Shown piece by piece: positions 30,666-37,494 of a DNA stretch of 44,361 nt (position 1 is the first letter of the stretch; each line of letters starts with the position of its first letter). The DNA is from Alphaproteobacteria bacterium. Its GTDB lineage: Bacteria; Pseudomonadota; Alphaproteobacteria; CAAHEQ01; UBA3637. The notes under the pieces were generated by a model. It was not told where the DNA came from. It saw only the letters and a list, made by a program, of their open reading frames with translations, and did no database searches. The translations under genes were made by a program, and so were the position numbers. The stretch lies in contig JBJEXE010000025.1 of assembly GCA_051885475.1 (NCBI GenBank), forward strand, positions 1-44,361, in the 5' to 3' direction.

Positions 30666-31216
30666 TTTTGCCTTTCAGCCAAACGTTTTTGCTTTAATTT
30701 CAGACGCAGGCGTTCATATCGCATTGTCATATAGTAGCTGCCCACGCCAAAAACCAGAGCCCAAGGTAAACAGCCAACACTCATCCCCAAGCCCCAATCT
30801 TGCATCAATAATTTACCACTAGCCATAATTTTTTCCCAAAAAGTATAGTCGGCAAAAAAGACACCTTTCATTGTTTCCTTTAAATCAACATAGCCAGTAA
30901 TCGGGCGGCGCATCATCAGTTGCCCCGTTACATAAAAGCCATAGTAAATGGGAATCATTGTAAAAACATTTGTAATCCAGGTATAGGCCAATCCCAAAAC
31001 CAAAGAAAAATCCCGCTTAAAGATTTTTTTCATCACCAACCATGTCAAAAAGACCAAATACATCTGAATTCCCACCAACGGCGTCATGGCCCAAGCCACA
31101 CCGATAGATACGCCCAACGCTTTATATTTCGGGGGATGGGGAGAGCGCACCAAAGGAATCACCAAACGATACCTGCACACACGCTTTATCTTTTGCCAAA
31201 GGGTCAATTTCCGCAT
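30662..31216 (-). CDS. DUF2062 family membrane protein
   Basis: RSPHPPKYKALGVSIGVAWAMTPLVGIQM pattern plus 3-4 TM helices. Start chosen at MRKLTLWQK (ATG 31216..31214, TAATG overlap with lgt). Confidence 0.72.
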   Translation of the reverse strand: MRKLTLWQKIKRVCRYRLVIPLVRSPHPPKYKALGVSIGVAWAMTPLVGIQMYLVFLTWLVMKKIFKRDFSLVLGLAYTWITNVFTMIPIYYGFYVTGQLMMRRPITGYVDLKETMKGVFFADYTFWEKIMASGKLLMQDWGLGMSVGCLPWALVFGVGSYYMTMRYERLRLKLKQKRLAERQK

Positions 31217-32049
31217 TACTTTTCCTTTCCCAAGCGATACAAAATAGCCCGCGGAGAAGCGTAAATCAATAAAGCTGCCCCAAGGACAATCATCGGTAAA
31301 CACAATAATTGTCCCATGGATAAGTCAGCTATCAAAAGACCCAGCTGGGCATCCGGTTCACGAAAGTATTCCAAAACGAAACGCCCCAAACCATACAGTA
31401 AAAAGAAAAGCCCCGAAAAAAATCCGGCACGTTCCCTTAGCCGCGGAACACCCCACCAAAGCGTATTGAGAACGATGAACAAAAAGAGTCCTTCTATACC
31501 GGCTTCATATAGCTGACTGGGGTGACGCGGTAAATTGCCCCCTTCGGGAAAAATCATCACCCAAGGGACAGATTGACTGACACGCCCATAAAGTTCCCCA
31601 TTCACAAAGTTTGCTAAACGCCCCAAAAACAGGCCAATCGGGGCCACACACACCAAAATATCCCCCATAGAAAGAACAGGAATTTTCTTTTTATACGCAA
31701 ATAAAAGCGTGGCCACAATCACGCCCAAAAGTCCTCCGTGGAAAGACATACCGCCTTGCCAAACAAAAAGAATTTGAAGCGGAAATTCCATAAAATAACG
31801 AAAGTTATAAAAAAAGACATAGCCCAATCGACCACCCACCACAACACCTATCGTCGCCCATAAAAGAAAATCATCTATTTTAAGAACGGTGAACGGGCTG
31901 GCAGAAACGCGCGACATTTGACGCGCCAACACCCAAGCCCCCAAAAGGCCAAAAATATACGCCAGCGAATACCAGCGAATAATCACCCACCCCCATTGAA
32001 ACAAAACAGGGTCTATATCGGGAAACGGTATGCCGGGATAAGTGGTCAT
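31216..32049 (-). CDS. lgt: Prolipoprotein diacylglyceryl transferase
   Basis: IRWYSLAYIFG, GGRLGYVFFYN, GMSFHGGLLG, GRLANFVNGELYGR and RHPSQLYE blocks. Start chosen at MTTYPGIPFP (ATG 32049..32047), preceded by AAGGAG. Confidence 0.9.
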   Translation of the reverse strand: MTTYPGIPFPDIDPVLFQWGWVIIRWYSLAYIFGLLGAWVLARQMSRVSASPFTVLKIDDFLLWATIGVVVGGRLGYVFFYNFRYFMEFPLQILFVWQGGMSFHGGLLGVIVATLLFAYKKKIPVLSMGDILVCVAPIGLFLGRLANFVNGELYGRVSQSVPWVMIFPEGGNLPRHPSQLYEAGIEGLFLFIVLNTLWWGVPRLRERAGFFSGLFFLLYGLGRFVLEYFREPDAQLGLLIADLSMGQLLCLPMIVLGAALLIYASPRAILYRLGKEK

Positions 32050-32132
32050 TTCTACTCCTTTGATTTTAAAAAGAGTAGAAAATTTTTGAACAAATGTCAA
32101 GGCAGCACCAAATTTTAACCTAATAAATTTTC

Positions 32133-32161
32133 TTGCCTTTTTTTTGGGATTGACGTATAAT
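32133..32161 (+). promoter_or_regulatory. Putative promoter for tRNA-Arg
   Basis: TTGCCT (32133..32138), 17-nt spacer, TATAAT (32156..32161), 18 nt before the tRNA 5' end. Confidence 0.4.
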
Positions 32162-32179
32162 GAGGAATATTCGTTGAAA

Positions 32180-32256
32180 GCGCTTGTAGCTCAGCTGGAT
32201 AGAGTGTCGCCCTCCGAAGGCGAAGGTCGTGAGTTCGAATCTCGCCAAGCGCGCCA
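32180..32256 (+). tRNA. tRNA-Arg (anticodon CCG), CCA end encoded
   Basis: Hand-folded cloverleaf: acceptor GCGCTTG/CAAGCGC, D-arm GCTCAGCTGGATAGAGT, anticodon stem TCGCC/GGCGA with loop CTCCGAA, variable AGGTC, T-arm GTGAG-TTCGAAT-CTCGC, discriminator G, then CCA. 77 nt. Confidence 0.93.
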
Positions 32257-32294
32257 ATTTCAAAAAAATTTTGGCTCTAAAAAAGAAATAATCT

Positions 32295-32323
32295 GTTGAC
32301 ATTTTGAAAATAATCATTTACTC
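32295..32323 (+). promoter_or_regulatory. Putative promoter of the pilin-lectin gene
   Basis: TTGACA (32295..32300), 17-nt spacer, TACTCT (32318..32323). This would give a leader of about 180 nt. Confidence 0.3.
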
Positions 32324-32353
32324 TGAGTTCGCTTTATGGCAAAGGCCGTAAAG

Positions 32354-32458
32354 TCGGACATAAACAATCCGTATGCAACAAAAAACCGCTCGTCAGGGCG
32401 GATGACCGCCGAATAAATTGAATAGGCGATTTTGCTTTGTTGCACATTGTTTACGTCC
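32354..32458 (+). promoter_or_regulatory. Long imperfect hairpin in the 5' leader (possible riboregulator, attenuator or palindromic element)
   Basis: CGGACATAAACAAT..TGCAACAAA (32354..32381) pairs with TTTGTTGCA.CATTGTTTACGTCCG (32435..32458), about 22 bp with one mismatch and one bulge. The enclosed 53 nt carry mutually exclusive CCGC/GCGG, GGCGG/CCGCC and CGCC/GGCG pairings. Confidence 0.4.
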
Positions 32459-32459
32459 G

Positions 32460-32484
32460 TCCACTTGAAATAAGTGGCATTTTT
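32460..32484 (+). terminator. Weak terminator-like hairpin plus T-run just upstream of the pilin-lectin SD
   Basis: CCACTT-gaaat-AAGTGG followed by caTTTTTT. Only a 6-bp stem, so weak. It lies between the long leader hairpin and the GGAAGGGA SD. Confidence 0.25.
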
Positions 32485-32508
32485 TATTGAAAAGGAAGGG
32501 ATGTAAAA

Positions 32509-33693
32509 ATGAAAAAACAGAATTTAAAAAAACAAACTGGCGTTTCGCCCTTGATGGGAAAGTCGGTTGGGAATAAGGATATAAATGCTGCTGGATGCCC
32601 GATCAGGTCGGGCATGACAGAGTACTATGAATCCGGCCGGAGTATGGTTGAAATGCTGGGCGTGCTGGCGATTATGGGGGTGCTCTCCGTTGGTGGAGTC
32701 GCAATGTATACAACCGCGATGAATAAACACCGCGCGAACGAAATCTTGAATGAAGCCTCCAAACGGGCCACCATAGTGGCAGGACAACTTTTAAGCAATC
32801 CCGAAGCAAAGACAATGTCTTTGGCACAATTCGGAAATAATACTGTGGCAGGGGCAACCTTTGGTGAAGAGGCAACCATTTCTGATAACAACATTACTTT
32901 AACTTTATCGGATGTGGATGAGGCTATCTGTAGCCAAATGAAAGCCGCTTTGGGCGACAGCACCATTATGGCCGTGGACGATATTTGCGGCCAAATTACT
33001 TTTAATGCGGATATGAGCAGAGGTGTAGATGCCAACGGTGGGAATGGGGATAATAATGCCCCATGTACAGAAACACCAACGGGATGCCAAGTATGTATGA
33101 ATGGTGAACTTGTGGATTCTGATGATAAGTGCCCCACTGATTCAGTTTGTGTGGATGGAGTGTGTAGCGATCCTTTAACAGGTAATGGCTGCGCCAAAAA
33201 CAGCGACTGTGAAGAAGGATACTTCTGCGATTTTAAGGGCAAAGTAAATTGTGAAAAGGGTCCGAAGGGTAAAAATGGAACCTGTACCAATAGAGAATCA
33301 TTTACAAGATCCCCCGATTTAGCTGGATTTGTGTGGGGAGCGTCCACGGATTGGTTTAGTGCCAAGAATTTTTGTTTGGCATTAAATAAACGGATGGCCT
33401 CTATTTCTGATTTTAACTGCCCTTATACAGTTGAAGAATATAGAACATCGGATGTTGAATTCCCAGGGGGATATTGCTGTAAAACAAAGCAGGATAGCAT
33501 CAATGAGCAATGTGGTGATAATCAGAATGATAAGCTAGCAGAAATAATGAAAACTGTTTCAGGGGGATATTTTTGGACGAAAGACCTTACAAAAAGATCT
33601 TGTATAGCTTTCAATATGTTGGGGAATAGTGTCTATTACAACTACCGTGATGCTAACCCCAGCTATGGTGCCTACTATGCGTTGTGTAAGTAG
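32509..33693 (+). CDS. Pilin-like protein fused to a Cys-rich linker and a C-type-lectin/DUF1566-like C-terminal domain
   Basis: ...YYESG|RSMVEMLGVLAIMGVLSVGGVAMY class-III-type signal (Gly43, Glu48 at +5). Residues ~186-259 hold 14 Cys in EGF-like spacing. Residues ~264-394 read WGASTDWFSAKNFCLALNKRMASISDF...GGYFWTKDL..SCIAFNM....YYALCK, a CTLD-like pattern. An alternative start at ATG 32614 (MTEYYESG|) is possible. Confidence 0.75.
   Translation: MKKQNLKKQTGVSPLMGKSVGNKDINAAGCPIRSGMTEYYESGRSMVEMLGVLAIMGVLSVGGVAMYTTAMNKHRANEILNEASKRATIVAGQLLSNPEAKTMSLAQFGNNTVAGATFGEEATISDNNITLTLSDVDEAICSQMKAALGDSTIMAVDDICGQITFNADMSRGVDANGGNGDNNAPCTETPTGCQVCMNGELVDSDDKCPTDSVCVDGVCSDPLTGNGCAKNSDCEEGYFCDFKGKVNCEKGPKGKNGTCTNRESFTRSPDLAGFVWGASTDWFSAKNFCLALNKRMASISDFNCPYTVEEYRTSDVEFPGGYCCKTKQDSINEQCGDNQNDKLAEIMKTVSGGYFWTKDLTKRSCIAFNMLGNSVYYNYRDANPSYGAYYALCK
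32573..32622 (+). repeat. Copy A of a ~50-nt hairpin-containing repeat, in-frame inside the pilin-lectin leader coding region
   Basis: ATAAGGATATAAATGCTGCTGGAT-GCCCGA-tcagg-TCGGGC-ATGACAGAG. It encodes residues 22-38 (NKDINAAGCPIRSGMTE). Confidence 0.7.
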
Positions 33694-33776
33694 TCCGGCA
33701 GTTTAAGTCCGCCTAAATCTTCCGCGGCCATCGTGTCGGGGAATTTTTTGAAAATTGACTGTTTGCACTTACCACA

Positions 33777-33826
33777 CAGTGTCATGCCCGACTTGACCCA
33801 GCATCCAGCAGAACTTAAAGCCTTAT
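33777..33826 (-). repeat. Copy B of the repeat, inverted relative to copy A, 84 nt downstream of the pilin-lectin stop
   Basis: The reverse complement reads ATAAGGCTTTAAGTTCTGCTGGATGCTGGGTCAAGTCGGGCATGACACTG. By my hand alignment 40 of 50 positions are identical to copy A. The internal hairpin is degenerate. Confidence 0.7.
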
Positions 33827-33830
33827 AACC

Positions 33831-33881
33831 AAAGGAATATCACGCCGCTGGATCCTCGGGTCAAGCCCGAGGATGACAGAG
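33831..33881 (+). repeat. Copy C of the repeat, head-to-head with copy B (REPIN-like doublet)
   Basis: AAAGGAATATCACGCCGCTGGAT-CCTCGGG-tcaa-GCCCGAGG-ATGACAGAG. It shares the flanks with copy A, but the stem sequence differs while pairing is kept (compensatory changes). Confidence 0.65.
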
Positions 33882-33997
33882 AGAAAAAAAGCGCCCGAGA
33901 AGGACAAAAGAAAAGAGAGGGCACAGAGGATATATAGACAAGAGAAAAAAGGGGGGGCAAAGGATAATAGGTAGGAGGTAAAAAAATTTTATACCAG

Positions 33998-36900
33998 TCA
34001 TTTACCTGTGGCGATTGCGGCCAAGCGGGCAATCATATCGCGGACGCCCGTCAAACGTTTACCCAAATCCCCCCAAGGACGCATCACAACCACTTTTTGA
34101 TCCGGACGGATTTTCATGGTGCCCACTTGGCTTTGGATATAGTCAATCAATCCGGCGGGATTCGGGAAAGTGTTTTGATAAAAGCTGATGGTCGCGCCCT
34201 TATCCCCTGCATCCACACGCTCAATATGTGCTTGTTTGGCCAGCAGTTTCAGTTCCAATGTTAAAAACAAGTTTTCTGTTTCCTGGGGGTAAAGGCCAAA
34301 ACGGTCCTTGAGTTCTTCCCGCATCGCATTGATTTCATTTAATGTGGTGAGTTCACTCAAACGGCGGTATAAATCCATACGCACCCCCAAATCAGGGATA
34401 TATTTATCCGAAATCAAAACGGGCAGCCCCACCTGAATTTGCGGGGACCAATCTTCCTGAAGCGGTTTTTCGCCCGCTTTTTGTTGACGCAGATGACCCA
34501 CTGCCTCCTTTAACATTTTTTGATAAAGGGCTACCCCAACTTCACGGATATGGCCCGATTGTTCTTGGCCCAGCAAGTTCCCTGCCCCGCGGATATCCAA
34601 ATCGTGGCTGGCTAACATAAAGCCGGCCCCTAAACTATCCAATTTTTGCATCACTTCTAAACGCTTACGAGCATTATCAGACAGGCTTCCCGTTGTCGTT
34701 AAGTAAGCATAGGCCTTTTTCTTGGACCGACCCACGCGTCCCCGCAACTGATAAAGTCCGGCCAAACCAAACATATCCGCCCGATAAATCACAATCGTAT
34801 TCACAGCCGGAATATCCAAGCCCGATTCCACAATACTGGTTGCCAGCAAAATATCATAGTGCTTGACCATAAAAGCTGACATAATTTTTTCCAGCTCCGA
34901 CGGCGCCATTTGACCGTGGGCTTTCACAATTTTAAGGTCAGGCAAAAGTGCATGCAATTTATCATAAACTTCGTCCATATCCGAAATACGCGGCACCACC
35001 ACAAAACTTTGACCTGCGCGGAAATGTTCCCGTAAAATTGCTTCTTTTATCACCACCGGATCAAAGGGCATCACATAGGTTTTAACGGCCAATCTGTCCA
35101 CCGGAGGGGTGGCGATAATAGAAAGCTCCCTCACCCCCGACAATGACAGTTGCAACGTGCGGGGAATGGGGGTCGCCGTCAAAGTCAAAACGTGAACGCC
35201 GGCCTTTAATTCCTTTAAACGTTCTTTGTGTGCAACACCAAAGTGTTGTTCTTCATCTATAATCACCAATCCCAAATTTTTAAAGCGAATGTTTTTATTC
35301 AAAAGAGCGTGAGTCCCGACAACAATATCTATTCCGCCCGCTTCAAGCCCTTCTTTGGTGCGTTTGGTATCCGCCGAATTGACCAGCCGGGAAAGAGAGC
35401 CAATCCGAACAGGGAACCCCTTAAAACGCTTTGCAAAATTTTCAGCGTGTTGGCGAGCCAAAAGCGTTGTCGGCGCAACCATCGCCACCTGCATCCCATT
35501 CATAACGGCCAAAAAAGCTGCCCGCATGGCTATTTCCGTTTTACCGAATCCCACATCCCCACACACCAAACGGTCCATCGGCTGGCCCTTGGCCAAATCC
35601 GTTTCAATTTCCGCCATCGTTTTCAGTTGATCTTCTGTTTCCACATAAGGAAAACCAGCACAAAATTCCTGATAAAAACCATGCGGCGCCAAAAGCTTGG
35701 GCATTTTATTGACCGCACGTTCAGAAGCAATGCCTATCAATTTATCAGCCATGACCAAAAGGTCTTTCTTGACCTTTTCCTTACGACCAGCGAAGGAGGA
35801 ACTGCCAAGTTTATCCAGTGCCACCTCTGAAGAACCATAGCGCGACAAAACATCGGCGTTTTCCACCGGCACAAAAAGTTTGGCGTTATCCGCATATTCC
35901 AGACAAAGGCAATCATGCGGAGCCCCTGCCAAAGTCAACGCCTGCAACCCCATAAAACGCCCAATGCCGTGTGTTTGATGAACAACCAAATCCCCCGCCG
36001 AAAGCGTAGAAATATCCCCAATAAAATCTTGACTGCGGCGACGCTTGGGCGCCGATTGCATCCTTTCCCCAAACATATCCGTTTCACTCAGGATTAAAAA
36101 ATCATCGGTTTGAAAGCCTGATTCAAAAGGGGCAACAATTAAACTGGGGGCACGTTTCAAAGCCTCAGCCCAAGTATTGGCCCACTTCAAAGCAACTCCT
36201 TTTTCCTTTAAAAGAGCCGAAAGACGTTGACCGGCTCCTTCCGTAAAGACACTGACAATAACAGGTTTGACGCCCGACGAAATAAAATCGGCCACAGCTT
36301 CAAAAATATCCTGCTTTTGTTGAATACGTACATCCATAAAATCATGGCCAGCACGACCACCTTGGTCAAGTGTTTTTTCCTGATAAAACGGGGTCAGCTG
36401 AACCGTATCAAATTGGGCCAGCAAGTTTTCCGTTTCTTTTGGGGACAAAAACATCAACGATGGAGCAATGGGATAATAGGCACCGTTCGGGTCCAATTTT
36501 TCCCGAAGAGCTTGTTGACGCGCTTCAAAATATTCTTGGATTTGTTCAGCGCGAGAGGTGATGGCTTCTTGGACCGATGGCGCCAAAAACACCCGTGTGT
36601 CATCCAAAAGGACATCCCCAAGCGTCAACATCTTATCATAAAAAAGCGGCAAAAAATGCTCCAGCCCCGAGATAAATTGTCCCGTGGAAACAGCCTGATA
36701 AAAAGCATCTTCCGAACCCGCTTTTAATAAATCACGATAGCGCGAACGAAATAATGTTTGAGTTTCCGGCGTCAGCTGAAACAACCGAACCGGACGCAAA
36801 ACAATTTCACCAATATCCCCGGTTGTGCGCTGCGTGGCTGGGTTGAAAAGCTTCGTAGATTCCAGCTCATCATCAAAAAAATCCAACCGCACAGGGCTTG

Positions 36901-37390
36901 TAAAACCGGCCGGATAAATATCCACAATTTCACCCCGAACGGCAAATTCGCCAGGGGCAGCCACCACATCCGTGGATTGATAACCGTTTTGGCTTAAAAA
37001 ATGTATAAGGCGTGTCATAGAAACAGATTTACCCACCGTTAAAGCCAAAGTATTATTCGTAATTGCCTCCAAAGGAGGAAGGCGTTGCATAAACGCCGAA
37101 ACGGTTGTTAAAACAATTTCATTTTTAGAAAGCGTAGGCAGTTTTGTCAAAGTGGCAATTTGTTCCCCGACAATATCCGTTGACGGAGAAATACGATCAT
37201 AAGGCACCGTATCCCAGTTGGGATAAGAAAATACCTGAACTTTGGGACAAATCAACGCCAACGTTTTTTCCATAAAATCCAATTGTTTTTCATTGGCGGC
37301 AATGTATAAAATGCCCCCTTGCTTGACCTCCCGGGACAAAATAAAGGGCTCAAACCCAAAAGGAACAGAGCTGTAAATTTTCTTTGTCAT
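33998..37390 (-). CDS. mfd: Transcription-repair coupling factor
   Basis: 1130 aa with a UvrB-homology N-terminus, an RNAP-interaction region, superfamily-2 helicase motifs (GDVGFGKTE, DEEQHFG, TATPIPRT, QLRGRVGRS) and a TRG motif. Confidence 0.95.
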   Translation of the reverse strand: MTKKIYSSVPFGFEPFILSREVKQGGILYIAANEKQLDFMEKTLALICPKVQVFSYPNWDTVPYDRISPSTDIVGEQIATLTKLPTLSKNEIVLTTVSAFMQRLPPLEAITNNTLALTVGKSVSMTRLIHFLSQNGYQSTDVVAAPGEFAVRGEIVDIYPAGFTSPVRLDFFDDELESTKLFNPATQRTTGDIGEIVLRPVRLFQLTPETQTLFRSRYRDLLKAGSEDAFYQAVSTGQFISGLEHFLPLFYDKMLTLGDVLLDDTRVFLAPSVQEAITSRAEQIQEYFEARQQALREKLDPNGAYYPIAPSLMFLSPKETENLLAQFDTVQLTPFYQEKTLDQGGRAGHDFMDVRIQQKQDIFEAVADFISSGVKPVIVSVFTEGAGQRLSALLKEKGVALKWANTWAEALKRAPSLIVAPFESGFQTDDFLILSETDMFGERMQSAPKRRRSQDFIGDISTLSAGDLVVHQTHGIGRFMGLQALTLAGAPHDCLCLEYADNAKLFVPVENADVLSRYGSSEVALDKLGSSSFAGRKEKVKKDLLVMADKLIGIASERAVNKMPKLLAPHGFYQEFCAGFPYVETEDQLKTMAEIETDLAKGQPMDRLVCGDVGFGKTEIAMRAAFLAVMNGMQVAMVAPTTLLARQHAENFAKRFKGFPVRIGSLSRLVNSADTKRTKEGLEAGGIDIVVGTHALLNKNIRFKNLGLVIIDEEQHFGVAHKERLKELKAGVHVLTLTATPIPRTLQLSLSGVRELSIIATPPVDRLAVKTYVMPFDPVVIKEAILREHFRAGQSFVVVPRISDMDEVYDKLHALLPDLKIVKAHGQMAPSELEKIMSAFMVKHYDILLATSIVESGLDIPAVNTIVIYRADMFGLAGLYQLRGRVGRSKKKAYAYLTTTGSLSDNARKRLEVMQKLDSLGAGFMLASHDLDIRGAGNLLGQEQSGHIREVGVALYQKMLKEAVGHLRQQKAGEKPLQEDWSPQIQVGLPVLISDKYIPDLGVRMDLYRRLSELTTLNEINAMREELKDRFGLYPQETENLFLTLELKLLAKQAHIERVDAGDKGATISFYQNTFPNPAGLIDYIQSQVGTMKIRPDQKVVVMRPWGDLGKRLTGVRDMIARLAAIATGK

Positions 37391-37494
37391 AAAGGCATTT
37401 TATGCTTTTTTTAAAAAAATCTCAAGAAGAAATCCTAAAAAACACTGGACAATCCTTTTTAATTATGGCATCCTTATAAAAAAAAGGAGGAGTT

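Noticed and set aside
32331-32400. Possible c-di-GMP (GEMM-I-like) riboswitch because of GGCAAAGGCCGTAAAGTCGGACATAAAC upstream of a pilin gene
   Set aside because: There is only a loose resemblance to the GGCAAAC ... GACGCAAAGC consensus. I could not build the two-hairpin GEMM architecture by hand, so I left it as a generic structured leader pending an Rfam scan.
32625-33365. 246-aa ORF antisense to the pilin-lectin gene
   Set aside because: It is a shadow ORF. The sense frame has a coherent pilin helix, Cys pattern, SD and paralog, while the antisense frame has no recognisable features.
33777-33881. Integron attC-like site, or a tRNA-derived att direct repeat marking an integrated island
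   Set aside because: The doublet lacks the GTTRRRY/RYYYAAC core sites. I found no copy of the tRNA-Arg 3' end downstream, and no integrase is present.
33823-34032. 69-aa minus-strand ORF across repeat copy C, the polypurine tract and the mfd 3' end
   Set aside because: It overlaps the mfd stop region. The Ser/Leu/Pro-rich product is just the translation of the polypyrimidine strand.
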